A stretch of DNA of 64,000 bases from Parasitella parasitica NRRL 2501 (Eukaryota > Fungi > Mucoromycota). Under the pieces are notes generated by a model that saw only the letters and a list, made by a program, of their open reading frames with translations, had not been told where the DNA came from and did no database searches. Location: assembly GCA_025201805.1 (NCBI GenBank), contig MU619253.1, positions 188,202 through 252,201 of the forward strand, in the 5' to 3' direction. Made by a program: the position numbers and the translations under genes. Positions 26,816-40,196 of the stretch are shown here, in pieces. The first letter of the stretch is position 1. Every line of letters begins with the position of its first letter.

Positions 26816-27621
26816 ATGTCTCGCTTTAGTATAACCGCACTTCTTGTCACGGTGTTTCTAGCACTCACTACATTCAACTATGTCTCTGCTGCTGTCGGTC
26901 CTCTCATCACAGATAAGGGTAAGTTTATTCTACATCAATAAACATGAAATAATCCAACGCGTGGCATTTTATAGTTTATTTTGATATCGAGCAGGGTGGT
27001 GAAAAGCTTGGCCGTATTGTAATCGGTTTATATGGCAAGACCGTCCCCAAGACTACGGATAACTTTAAGGCTTTAGCTACTGGAGAGAAAGGCTTTGGTT
27101 ATAAGGGTTCTACCTTCCACCGTGTCATCAAGGATTTCATGATTCAAGGCGGTGATTTCACTAACGGTGATGGTACTGGCGGAAAATCCATCTATGGCGC
27201 CAAGTTTGCTGATGAAAACTTCAAGTTGAGACACACTGGTCCCGTAAGTTGGGTGTCTGTCTGAAGGAGCGTTTCAAAACTAAACATATCAAACTTAGGG
27301 TGTTCTTTCAATGGCTAATGCTGGTCCCAATTCTAATGGTTCTCAGTTCTTCATTACAACTGCCAAGACTTCTTGGTTAGATGGTAAGCACGTTGTTTTT
27401 GGCAAGGTACTCGAGGGTATGGATATCGTTTCCAAGATTGAGAACTGTGAGAAGGGGTAAGTATTGTATTTTTTTTATTTTTTATTTATTACTATTCATC
27501 TATATCATGGTTATTCATACTGTCAAATTACTTTAGCCCCAGAGACAAGCCCAAGAAAGATATTACCATTGCTGACTCAGGAGCTTTGCTTGTTGATGTT
27601 ATTGAACACGCCGAGTTATAG
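26816..27621 (+). CDS. ER cyclophilin B (peptidyl-prolyl isomerase) with signal peptide and C-terminal HAEL
   Basis: Not in the ORF track. [67 protein letters not shown]; ends EHAEL*. Confidence 0.95.
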
Positions 27622-27848
27622 TCTATTTTATACGGTAATAAATTTCAGAATAGTTTAACGTTACATTCCTTTATTGGACAACGCTGATTACTCTATAAAC
27701 ACCTTTAATTGACACACCATTGTTGAGTAATTTATAATACATGACGTACATTCTGCTGCGAACGGCATTGTTAAAAATCTCTGGCACATTCTACTAGTTT
27801 TTTTTTTTTTCTCTTTCCTTTTCTCCTGCAACAACTTATAAATAAAAA

Positions 27849-30800
27849 ATGACTAGCATGAATATCGATTCTGAGCAAACAATCGATGAGGGATTATACT
27901 CTCGTCAGCTGTAAGCTACCTTATGTAAAACCCTCACGCAATGCGTATTGACATCACGCGTCTTTCTTTGTAATAGTTATGTCCTGGGCCACGAAGCTAT
28001 GAAAAAGATGAGCGTTGCTCACGTTCTGATTGTCGGGTTGAAGGGCCTTGGTGTTGAAATTGCCAAGAATGTTGTCCTAGCTGGTGTTAAGAGTGTCACA
28101 CTCTGGGACCCTACACCTACTGAAATTTCGGATTTATCTGCTCAGGTATTGTTCAAATAATGAAATCCTTCAATGGGAACTAACACAATAAATCTAGTTT
28201 TATCTAACAGAGCAAGATATCGGCCAACCTCGTGCCAAGGTCACTCAACCTAAATTGGCTGAATTAAATCAATATGTCCCTGTCCACCTTTTGGAAGGAG
28301 AATTGACTGAACAAGTGCTAAAGAAATACAAGGTTGTTGTGATCACTGAGATGCCCTTATCCAAGCAATTGGCTATCTCCGAAATTTGCCATGCCAACAA
28401 CATTCATTTTATCTCTACTGAAGTTCGCGGTCTGTTTGGGTAAGTGAAAGAGGGGGGGGGGTGTTGATACATATACAACAGAGAAGCTGTTTTGCTCATT
28501 CAACTACAATTTAGTCGTATTTTCAATGACTTTGGGACCGAATTTGAAATTATTGACGCCACTGGTGAGGAGCCTCTGCATGGCATGATTGCTGCTATCT
28601 CCAAGGTAAAAGGAAATCGCTTTTTTTTTTTCGTGAGTGTAGCATCTGGTATTCAATGCATAATTTAGGAAAAGGAAGGAATTGTTACTTGTTTAGATGA
28701 AGTCCGTCATGGCTTGGAAGATGGCGATTTTGTTTCCTTCAAGGAAATTCAAGGAATGACCGAATTGAATGACATCCCACCTCGTAAAGTCAAGGTATTT
28801 GGTCCCTACAGTTTTAGTATTGGTGATACGTCTTCATTTGGCGATTATAAAAACGGTGGCCTCTTTACTCAAGTCAAGATGCCTAAATATGTTGATTTCG
28901 TAAGTAAACTGTTGTGTGCAACAAGTAGATTGCCGTACTCATCGATATTTTAGAAATCGTTCAATGAATCTCTGACCAAACCCGAATTTTTGATATCTGA
29001 TTACGCCAAATTCGACCGTCCTATGCAATTACATCTTGCTTTCCAAGCCTTGTCTGCATTCGTTGAAAAAAATGGCCGCTATCCTAAGCCTAGAAATGAA
29101 CAAGACGCCAATCAAGTTTATGAACAGACCAAAGCTCTTGTTGCAACTGTTGATGAGAAGCCTGAATTGGACGAGAAGTTGATCAAGGAACTAGCTTACC
29201 AATCATTTGGTGAGCTTGCTCCCATGGCTGCTGTCTTTGGCGGTCTGGCAGCTCAAGAAGTGCTGAAATCAGTCAGTGGAAAGTTCTGCCCTATTCACCA
29301 ATACATGTACTTTGACGCGCTTGAAGCACTCCCCACCAAAAGCCCTTTGACGGAAGAGCTTTGCGCTCCAACTGGCTCTCGCTATGATGGCCAGATTGCT
29401 GTCTTTGGTAAGGAGTTCCAAGAAAAGATTGCAAAGACTAGGGAGTTTCTTGTCGGTGCTGGTGCTATCGGTTGTGAAATGCTCAAAAATTGGGCCATGA
29501 TGGGTTTGGGCACAGGTCGCGAAGGTCACTTGACCATCACTGATATGGACACTATTGAAAAGAGTAATCTGAACAGACAGTTTTTGTTCAGGGCTGGTGA
29601 TGTTGGTGTAAGTACATGAATTTTTGCTGAATACATGCATTTTATTTGGTGTTAACATGGTTATTTGCAAACAGAAATTGAAATCCGAGTGTGCATCAGC
29701 AGCTGTTAGCAAGATGAACCCTGATCTGAATGGCAAAATCACTATCCATCAGGAACGCGTTGGTCCCGAGACCGAGAATGTGTACAACGATGATTTCTTT
29801 GAGGCTTTGGACGGTGTCACGAATGCTCTTGATAATGTCGAAGCTCGCAAATACATGGATAGACAATGTGTTTACTATCGTAAGCCTCTTTTGGAATCCG
29901 GCACCTTAGGTACAAAGGGCAACACGCAGGTCATTCTTCCCTTCATGACCGAGTCCTACTCGTCGTCTCAAGATCCTCCAGAGAAATCCATTCCTATTTG
30001 TACTCTCAAAAACTTCCCCAATGCCATTGAGCACACCATTCAATGGGCCCGTGATTTGTTTGAAGGTTACTTTAAACAGCCTGCCGATAATGTCAATTTG
30101 TATCTGACTCAACCTACCTTTGTCGAAACTACTCTCAAGCAAGGCGGCACTAGCAAGGACACAATCGAAACAGTTTACAATTGCTTGACCTCTGATAAGC
30201 CGGAATCTTTTGCCGATTGTGTCGCATGGGCTCGCTTGAAGTTTGAAGATCTTTTCAGTAACAATATTCGTCAACTGCTATTCAATTTCGCTCCTGATGC
30301 TGTTACAAGTACTGGACAGCCCTTTTGGTCTGGTCCTAAACGTGCTCCCTGTCCTCTTGTTTTCAATAGCAACAACCGTACTCATCTGGATTTCATCATT
30401 GACGCTGCCAACTTGCATGCTTTCAACTATGGTATACAAGGAGAGACCAATGATGACTTTTTCCTCAAGGAGCTTGACAATATCATTGTTCCCGAATTCA
30501 AGCCCAAGGAGGGTGTCAAGATTCAAGTACAAGAAAACGAAACTGTGGAGAATAGTACTGGTAATGATAGCCTGGATGATGTGATTGCTAAGCTTCCTGC
30601 TCCAGCCAGCGTAGGTAGTTTCCGTTTACAGCCTGCAGAGTTTGAAAAGGACGATGATTCCAACCATCACATTGATTTTATCACTGCCGCATCCAACTTG
30701 CGTGCCATGAATTATGGCATTACGATCGCTGACCGCCTCAAGACCAAATTTATCGCCGGTAAAATTATCCCTGCCATCGCCACCACTACTGCAATGGTTA

Positions 30801-31312
30801 CCGGCTTGGTGTGTCTTGAACTCTACAAGATTATCGACTGCCAGAATGATTTCACTAAATATGAGAATGATTTCGCTGAAAAAAAGGACGATTTCGAGAA
30901 AGACATGGCTCGATTCAAGAATGGCTTTGTTAATTTGGCCTTACCTTTCGTTGGTTTCTCTGAACCCATTGGAGCGCAACGCATGAAATACAATGGCAAA
31001 GATTTCACTTTGTGGTCTCGTTTTGATATTGATCGTGATATGACATTGAAAGAATTTATTGATTATTTCAAAAACAAGGAGAATTTGGAAGTGACAATGG
31101 TTTCTTCTGGTGTCTCCATGCTTTACTCCTTCTTTATGAACAAGAAAAAGGCCGAGGAAAGATTGGCTATGCCATTGTCCAAAATTGTCGAGACCGTTTC
31201 CAAGAAACCTATTCCTCCTCACGTCAAATACGTGATCTTTGAAGTTTGTGTCAATGATGCAGATGACGAAGATGTCGACGTTCCTTATGTCAGAGTCAAA
31301 ATTAGAGAGTAG
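27849..31312 (+). CDS. UBA1: Ubiquitin-activating enzyme E1
   Basis: [31 protein letters not shown], catalytic [18 protein letters not shown] and a C-terminal UFD. Confidence 0.98.
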
Positions 31313-32131
31313 AATAGCATGTTACATATATTTGCATTACCCTAAAATAGCATGAATAAATAGTGTGTTATGTATGTTTATTTTAACCAACAACTCACCA
31401 TTAAATGGATGTGGCTATTAATTTCAAGCATGGCTGCATATCGATAGCTCTCCCAAGTTGAAGATGACCCATTCGACGATACATAAGTATCTACAGCAGC
31501 TCACTGAAATCCTGAAACTATCAACCTACCAATTTTTATAACAATAGTCGTGGTTGTTATGGTTCTTTGCATAAATTACATAATAGCGGCATTGGCTTAA
31601 CATTTTCAGCACTCTACACTCACTTTGACTAGAGATTGGAGGATTGAATCATCTCTATAGGCAAAATCAGTTGTATGATCATCATGGGCATCTCCCAAAA
31701 TCATGGAAGCTACGGTCCTTGATCAAACACATCTTGAATAAACATTGTTTAGTTATCATTTAAAAGGTTAAAATATGGTAAAGTTTGTTAGCAGGGACGT
31801 CAATGTGAAAATTACGCCATTATCCTGTAGTTGACAGTAAAATTGTAATAGCTATGTCAAACACGGTTTCTTCTCATCTTAAGGGAGACTATTCAACTAG
31901 GTAAAGAAACCGTTTGTTGTATCAAGTTGTGATACTTTGTACTGCTATTCGAATTGAGATAGTAATGTGAGAATGATGGTGAGATCTAGGAGAAATAATA
32001 ATTGTATCGTGTCATGATATTGATTTGTTGATGATTCATCTTGATTGTCAAACGTTTTTTATTTTTATTTTGTTGTGATCTTTTCAAATTCAAACTATAA
32101 TGCTACATTTACAATGGATATTTGCAATAAT

Positions 32132-32350
32132 TTATTTCTTCAACTGAGTTCCGGGTTTAGTGGTATCCTTGTCATCACTGGATTGAGTGGTAAATCCTCT
32201 TGCGGTAGCCTGCTTAGCGGCATCGAGGTTCTGGTCACCGAAACTTTGGGCCTTGGCAGTAACAGAATCCTTACCGCTATCAAAGCCTTGTTTAGAAGCC
32301 ATGGATTGGACATTTTGAGCGTCGGCTTTAGTAATAGGTGTGTTAGACAT
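32132..32350 (-). CDS. Small hydrophilic SMP/LEA-like (seed-maturation-protein repeat) stress or spore protein
   Basis: ITKADAQNVQS...SVTAKAQSFGDQN resembles the SMP motif (T.EDA..IQS..A.AQS.AD.N). Good AAAATG context, upstream TATA and TGACGT sites. Confidence 0.65.
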   Translation of the reverse strand: MSNTPITKADAQNVQSMASKQGFDSGKDSVTAKAQSFGDQNLDAAKQATARGFTTQSSDDKDTTKPGTQLKK

Positions 32351-33940
32351 TTTGAATTAGTTCTCTTTTGTAGGTTGAAAGATAAATGATTTCATTCCAG
32401 CGTCAAATTCAATCTTTATATATGACAGCTTTAGAAATAGAGGGTAGTGAATCATCTTGACGTAGGTGCAGACTGCATAAATGTAGACGAAATTCCTTAG
32501 CACACCAACGTTGTTAGATCGAGTCGCTATGACGTTATTCGAACATAATATGATGAAGTGGTGTCAAATCAAAACGATGTTTTCTACAAACAAGAAAAAA
32601 GTAATAATGCCAGTATAGGTCAGAGTAGCTTGATTAACGAGCACATATTATATGTAATCATGCATCGAGACACACTCATGACATTCTTTTTACCGCATTA
32701 ACTTACAAACATACCAAGATGGTGTTTGACATTGATTTTACATTAGTTTGACCTAAAATTTCTAATAAATAAGGCTTAATGATGTAAGCTTTCTGAAACA
32801 AGCGAAGAGAGTGGATATTCTGGAGTATTACTTCATCAAATTGAGTCTTAAAGAGTTGCTCTAAAACCACATCTGTGCTAAACAAGGTTATGAGTCTCTC
32901 TCACATGTTGCTCTGGGTGCTAAAACGCTATGATTGGCAGGACCAGCCAGCCCAGAGGATGGGTATTCGAGATTGTATTTATTGTCTTGACCTTCTTGCC
33001 AATGAAGCAACAATATACACTGAAATTACTGCAAGGACTAAGCTTTATACAAAGGATCTATGCCACATAAATGACCACAAAAACATGTTTCAAGACAACT
33101 AGTTTTACAAAAGAGGCAGCTTCAAAAGTTTAGCATGACTTAGGAAATATAAGAATTAGAATAACCATAAAAGCATACATTTAATGATGGCTAAAATTAA
33201 ATGACGAGCAAGAATGAAAAATTTGAATTTGTAAATATCTCATCCAGCTATTGTAATGGTCATTTGCTATGTGTACCATCAGTTACTTGCCAATTGTAGC
33301 ACTAAACTTTAGATTGGCCATGAGTTGCTCACGTCTGTTACCAAAAAAAAATTGTGATGTGATTTTACACTTTGAAAGCAAATATTTTTATCAAGTGTCT
33401 ATAAGCCCACAATTGTGGTAAAAGTTTTTGGCTACACATTGATCGTTGAAACTTTTTCAAATCTATAAAAGAAAATAAAAATAACAGTTGTAAATAAACC
33501 AACCAAAGTAAAAATGATTGTAGTATTTATTGAGCTTATTCTTAATATTGTACAGTAATTAACGCTTGAAGAACGATTTTGTTCTCCAAAATTCGTAAAG
33601 CGGTGCTGCACAACGAAAAAATCATCCTGCTTGATGGCTTGGGCACAGATGTACTGGTTATAATGCCCAAAAACATATGTATACGTCCAAACTTTTGACC
33701 ATGGGTAAATATTATTAAAAGTATACAGTATACCAACGATACTGAAAGACTTTACAAGGTGAGAGTAGTCGTTTTTCTTTAAATAACAAGTGTGATAATG
33801 CTGGTAGGATTCGAGATGTCAAAAAATGCTGGTTTCAGAGTAGAAGCAGACAAAGCTCCGAAATGCTACAATATCTTTAGCCATGAAGTTTGTTTTCTTG
33901 TTCCTTTTCTCTTTCCTCTCTTTTATTAAATATCTTGATT

Positions 33941-34249
33941 ATGCCTTCAAACGAAGTAGGATTTTCGCTATTTCCATATCAATATGTAAGCTCACGAGTG
34001 ATTGCAGCGGCAGCAGCGGCAGCATCAACATCTACCACACCAAACGCTTTATTACAATCACCATCGTATTTTGGAAACATTGTTGTTCAATTTACAAGAC
34101 AAGTGATGCGACCCAAGGTAGTTTTGCCCATGCTATTCATAATCGTCTTGTTGTTTGACTTGGAAGATGCCTTTGACTTGGACGACGATTTCTTTTTATC
34201 TGATGATGAACAGCCATCGACAGAACAAGACGAGCAAATATTTCGCTAA
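33941..34249 (+). CDS. Putative small single-pass membrane protein with acidic tail (102 aa)
   Basis: Intronless ORF after a pyrimidine-rich leader. Poly-Ala stretch, one hydrophobic segment VVLPMLFIIVLLF, Asp/Glu-rich C-terminus, AATAAA downstream. Confidence 0.5.
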   Translation: MPSNEVGFSLFPYQYVSSRVIAAAAAAASTSTTPNALLQSPSYFGNIVVQFTRQVMRPKVVLPMLFIIVLLFDLEDAFDLDDDFFLSDDEQPSTEQDEQIFR

Positions 34250-34504
34250 AACAATGGCATCCTTTATTTAACCTGTAATTATTATCACATCCACACATAT
34301 CTCTCTCGTAAGCACGTTAATACTATCCCTCTTATTCGAATAAAAACATTTACCATATACTAAACATCATAGCCTAATCGAATGTGAAAAACTACACCAA
34401 GAACCAGTTACACAGACGACAGCCGAAATCCCCACACAGTCATGTATTGCTTTGAAACATCTTTTCTTTTTTTTTATCTCTCTCACATCTTGCAAACAAT
34501 AAAC

Positions 34505-34741
34505 ATGAGCAACAGCCAGCCTACTGTCATTGCAATTTTGAATAAACCTCCATCTGCCCAGCAGAGTAATTGTCAATCTCAAATCCATCCTGCCTTTCAA
34601 GGAACCAACGTTTTTCGATACCCAACACATATGATATCTCAGCAGCAACGGCAACAGCCGCAACAACAATTCAATGCATCCACCACAAGTCCTATATTCT
34701 ATGGCTATTCGCTTAATCCATACCAACATAGCCGATTATAA
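34505..34741 (+). CDS. Putative Gln/Pro/Ser-rich microprotein (78 aa) ending in SRL
   Basis: AATAAACATG start context after a CT-rich leader, low-complexity composition, AATAAA shortly after the stop. Confidence 0.45.
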   Translation: MSNSQPTVIAILNKPPSAQQSNCQSQIHPAFQGTNVFRYPTHMISQQQRQQPQQQFNASTTSPIFYGYSLNPYQHSRL

Positions 34742-34809
34742 TGTTTGATATTAATAATAAACACTGGGGGGGGTTTTTTTTTATTATTTTATGTTATACA
34801 CTATATATG

Positions 34810-37800
34810 TTATTGTTGGGATTTCTTCTTCCACCATGTCTTGCTTGCAGTCAGTTTGGGTGTAGTTGGAGATCCTGCCTGTGTCTGTCCAGTGGTCGGC
34901 TGCGACGATTTTCTTGCGTTGATCACTCTCATGTATTTCGAATCGTTGTCAAAAGTGTTTTGCTTCTTGCTTTCCTTTTTTCTAAAAATGCTTGTAAGCT
35001 GGGTGGAGATAGAACCTGTTGGCTTGGGTGCTATGGGAGAAGGAGCAGGAGCTGGTGCATATGCAGTAGCACCAAGTGAATGAGGACATTTGTCCATCAA
35101 TGCAGGGTTTTTGGAGGTCCTAGAAGCAATAAGGCACTCTGGACATTTTCCTTGGGCCTTGAGCTACATATGCAGTGCTGTTAACAGGTGTTTATACAGA
35201 GGATACATGTACATACCACGTTCTGCTCAAAGCATTTAAGATGGCAAACAAGTCCACAACCAGAAGTACACATGGAGGCAGTATCATCAGTACCCTGCTT
35301 GCAGATGGGACACATTGGGCCAGATCCTAGCATAACCTATCAATATCACCTTTCATCAACCTCTGTAAAGATGTTGTTTATACCTTCTTCGAATGTAATT
35401 TTGACCATAGCGTGGCTATGGCCGATAGGAAATGAGATTGTGCTTTTGGGAGACGACAGGCTGATAGAAGAAGTTTTGCGTTTTGGGACTCGATGACTAG
35501 TAGTATCCAACATGGTAAAATTTTCATCCTTTTTCACACTCTTCTTAAGATAGCTCTGCAGTATGGTGCTGTTATTATTGACGACGGCTGTCGGTGAGGA
35601 TGGCGTGTTTGGTGGTGGCACACTTCTTTCTTTGTGCAATACCCAAGGATGATGCATAAGGTGTATTGCTTTTGGTCTTTCTACTGGATTTTTTTTGAAG
35701 CACAATTTCAAAAAGTCCTTCAAATCCTGCGATGATGCATTCAGTGTTATATGCAAGTATACAGCAGTAATTGAGTGGACTTACATCTGATATGTTCTCA
35801 GGTAGAGGAGGACAGTCGTCTTCGACAATCTTGAACATGGCTGTCATTGTTAATAGATCTGCATAGGGCGGTTTTCCTGTGCATAGTTCGATGACAGTAC
35901 AGCCCAAAGACCTGCAGCACATGATTGAGTATCTGTATCATAGATGCCTATGCATTACAACTTACCATATATCAGACTGAACTGATGCCCCTTTAAGTTC
36001 GATGACCTCAGGTGACACTAGCAAAAGATTGTGTTATATTAGCAGCTATATACGCTCGCAATCAAAGGAACTCACTCCAAAATGGTGTTCCAGAAACTAG
36101 GTTCTCCTCATGGTTCTTCAGTTTCAAATTCAACGAAACACCAAAATCAGACAATTTGACATCACCGGCTTTTGTAGTAAGGATATTAGCAGCCTTCAAA
36201 TCGCAATGAACAACGTCTTGCTGGTGCAGATAAGCCAGGCCTTGCAAGATGTCATGGCAGTACGAAGCGACGAGGTGCTCTGGCAAAGCGTTTCCAAAAT
36301 GTTTAAGCGTGTGTAACAAAGAACCATTCTCAACGTACTCCAACACAATATTCATGTGCTCATGTGTCTGAATGAACCCTTCGTATTTAACAATGTTGCC
36401 ATGTGTCAGTGAGCTGAGTAAAGAGGCTTCTTGCATCATGTCTTCGATATCAGCTTGTCTTGAATCTTTCAGGTTGATCTGCTTTACTGCAACGGTTTTA
36501 CCAGATATTAAATCAAGGGCCCTACACATATCATGTCAGCATGGAGAGATGGTGATTACACGCATTCATACACACCTGAACACTGTGCCAAAATGGCCTT
36601 TTCCAATCACATTTCCTAGTTTCTAGCAGAATAAACGGGTCAATGACTGTTGCAATGCTGGCGTTACAAATCATACTTACATAACGGGCAATGATATTAC
36701 CGTCTTGATCGCAATGATCTAGTATATTGCGGTTTTCGATAGTAGGCGAAATTAGCGAGGGCGGTATGTTGGGAGATAGCAAGTCCAGCGAGCCGATTGA
36801 TTTGCAACGACCATGGTGTGTGGATTTCGGTAATTCGGATGTTGGTGTGGTGACAATAGAAGGTGGTGTCATTATCTCTGACTTGACTCGCATTAATGCA
36901 GCATCTGTTCGTCTTCTAGCTCTTGGCTGCAGTGAGGTCCTCTTTGAAGAAGGTTCCTGCACCTTGATGGTAGGCGGTAGTGTCTCCTCTTCAATTATGT
37001 CGTTGAATTTAAACAAGTTTTCTTCGTGAGGTCTGCGCATACTTGAGCTTATTGATGGCGAAGGCTTCTGGCTGTCGTTGCTGTTGTTGATGGACCAAGT
37101 CTGGTATTTAACAAAGTGCGGCTCATTACCCTGCTGCTGATGGCTAGCACGAGATTTGGAGAATAATAAAGAGAGCTTCTTTGTAGGGCTTTTGTTGCTG
37201 TGTCTGCTGCTTGTAGTGCCGGTTGAAGAAACGGTACTTTTTGAGCTTGTTGGATGTATTTTTAATGATGGGGGTGATGAGGCTGTTGTTACAGGAGCAA
37301 ACAGGGCTTCAAACAGATTCTGAACCTTGTTTCCATTGGGCGTAGTTGCTTTTGATTGCGGTTGAATAGTCGAAGATCTTTTTCTATTCTTGCGTCTTGT
37401 ACCGTAACCACTGTCGCCAGAAGATGAGTGCGTATGGCTTGGCTTACTATCGTAAAAGTCGTTCTCTTCATCAAGATCGACGGTGGAAAAAGTGTTGTTC
37501 AAGAAGCTCTGCACAGACATTTGGTCTTCTTCGTCGTCGCTTTTGAAAGTTGTAATATCAAAAGGGCCAAAACCAGGTACGCAATTAGGTCTTTGAATAT
37601 CAAACGGTGGTTCACCCCACGTAGGTTCTGAAAGAGAGGAAGATGTAGAAAAAGATCTGTAATGTCCTGATTTTCTAGTAGAAGGAGGAGTGGGACAGCT
37701 AGGCAGCGCTTTATTGCTGTAATGTTTGCATAACGAGTCTGGCGAGAGTATCGGGTCGTGTTGCTTGATGGCAGTGTCAGACGTTTGTATAGCTATGTTT

Positions 37801-38307
37801 TCCTCCTCTTGATCTTCCCTGATTTGATGGTGCTGCTGCTGCTTATGCTCCTGATAATGCCCCTGTTTATCATCCTTATTGATATCACCTGTCTTTCTAG
37901 CAGGAATTGTCAAGTTAGCATGTAGATTATGATTAGCAAGACTCTTCATTCTTGTGAGTTTTTCTGGTTTTGGCATTAATGCAGTTTCACTATTAGATCT
38001 TTGTTTTCGAGTGTTTGGTAAAAGTAGATCAATTGTGTATGATTGTGATCTTGTGGGTTTTGTTTGTTCTATAGTCGATTCGCCAGCAAATCTCTTGCAA
38101 GAATAAGTGTGTGCAAATATCAAAATGGTTGAAATAACCTTGGAAAGAGAAAGTGGAAAGAAGAATGAATGTAAGGCGATATCCCTTTTTTTTTTCTTTT
38201 GCTATATACAAAAAGATTGAAATAATTACTGTATTCATATTTTCACCATTCATTAAATCACTAGCAGTAAATAAGTCGTGCGATTGTAGACCAAACTGAT
38301 TATCATT

Positions 38308-38384
<77 letters not shown>

Positions 38385-38919
38385 CGTAATTATGCAATTT
38401 AACAACTTACATCTTTTGCAGCTCTCAAGAACAAATTAATTCGATCTTCCTAATAGTCAAGTTGAATTTTGGCTTAATTTCCTTTATTGTCTGGCAACTC
38501 CCTTTTTGAATTACTCCTTCTATTTCATCCCATCTCCCTGCTCTATCTCTCTCTATTTTCGGTACTCCTAATATCCCAATTCACACCCACCCCCTCTATT
38601 GTATTATATTTATATTTACCGGGTGCTTGTCATCATCTTGCACTATATTATATTTATCTGTTAAGTATTCAGTATCGACCAGAAACTGAACGATTCTATT
38701 ACATTTAAATTAGTCCATTTGACCATAAATATTGCTATAAACAACAGACTTGTAGAGAATAAATCCATCTTTAAGACAGAAATGAAGGTCATTGGAAGCA
38801 AGCCGAAGATCCAGTATTGACTCTATCCAATATTTTGCTAATAGTGTTTGTTTTTGAACGGTATAAAGGTGCTGGTGTGATAGCTGTGGTAGGTATACTG
38901 AACGCGAGATCGAGGTCAT
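34810..38919 (-). CDS. Calponin-homology domain + STE-group (Cdc7/Cdc15/SepH-like) Ser/Thr kinase + Cys/His zinc finger
   Basis: CH: [43 protein letters not shown]. Kinase: [42 protein letters not shown]. Zinc finger: CPIC..CTSGC..CHLKC..CPEC. Confidence 0.8.
38314..38384. repeat. 71-nt poly(T) homopolymer inside a kinase intron
   Basis: Direct count. Length may be unreliable in the assembly. Confidence 0.9.
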
Positions 38920-40196
38920 GTAGTGGTTGATGTATGGAATTTGAATGGGAATAAGGAAGAAGGGGGAAAATAAAAAAGAACAAGTTGCCTGAAAGAGTAG
39001 AAAATCTTTGATGCCTCTCTTTCCTCTTGTGTGTGGGTGTGGCATGGCTTTCTCAATATTTCTCGACGAGTTTGAAATTGCAATGCATAGTTTCATTGGT
39101 CAAAGATGGACAGGGTCAATCAGGTAATAACTATAAACATTCTCATCAAATAATATCTGTTGTTGATGTCCAGTAGCAGTACTGCGTACCGGCAGAAATA
39201 TTCTGTGGAAAAATAAGGCAGGGTTTAGCTTTACCATTGAAAATGAAACCTTCCCCAATATAATCTATTCAAATATTAATTGCGTTGAAGGATATTGATG
39301 AGGATAATTACAAAAACAAAACTAAAATGAGATGCTGCTAAAATTTTTAAGACGTTGGTCAAATGCTTATTTACAAAAGCTCTGAAAGTACCTCGACTTT
39401 TAGTGTGGCATATTGATGTATCTTGCGTTTTCGAGAAAACCGAATAGTATTTTGGAGTTGACCACTCTAAAAGTGTTGTCTGATGAAGAAACGGCCGATA
39501 AATTGTTCTGGGTAATAGTAAGCAAGCGACGATCATTGTGCCCGTCTTCTCGATTTAGATTTTTTATCAAAATAGAAAATCTTTAAATATTCGTGTATCG
39601 TGTGGCTCATGGATAACATGTCTTCTACACATATTATTATATGGTATTTACTTGTGGGAAAGATACAGTTTTCGGTCTAGACAAATACGACATCTCACTC
39701 AGCCTTGTTTTACTACGCTAATTTTGTTTCGATTAAAAAGATCTCATATCCAGGCACGGATGGTTTTGAAAATATGATTCTGGATTATTTAATTAAATCG
39801 CTGAATTCTCATAACAAAAAGATGGTTACTTCTGACAGCTGCGAGTAATCTAGAAACCAAAATGCTATGTTGGATAAACAACTGATTAAAGCTTAGACAA
39901 CAGTATTGTATAGTGTAGATAGGATGCTATACGCTGTTTCGATAGTAGGTGCGTCAAAAATTGGATAATATATAGATGATATACAGTTATAGCCTTATTT
40001 AAGCTTTTTGCCAAGGAAACGAATTTCATCATAAATTAGTTTATTTTGTATCAAATTATCTGAAGATGATTGTCGTTCCGCTTTAATCTATATATATGAA
40101 ATCGAATGATCCATAAATAAACTTCTTATTTGGAATTAGCTTCCTTTCTCTTTCTCTTTCTCTTTCACATTTTTACTTTTCCTCTTTGTTCATCTC

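Noticed and set aside
32703-33102. Short ORFs in the 32.4-33.8 kb gap (also 51410-51781, 57048-57350, 57903-58154)
   Set aside because: No recognisable motifs, start contexts or splice structure. Possibly decayed sequence, but unsupported.
38029-38397. Poly-Lys ORF (also 56159-56419, 12781-13188)
   Set aside because: Translation through intronic or intergenic homopolymer runs. Only the short CH exon inside 38029-38397 is real.
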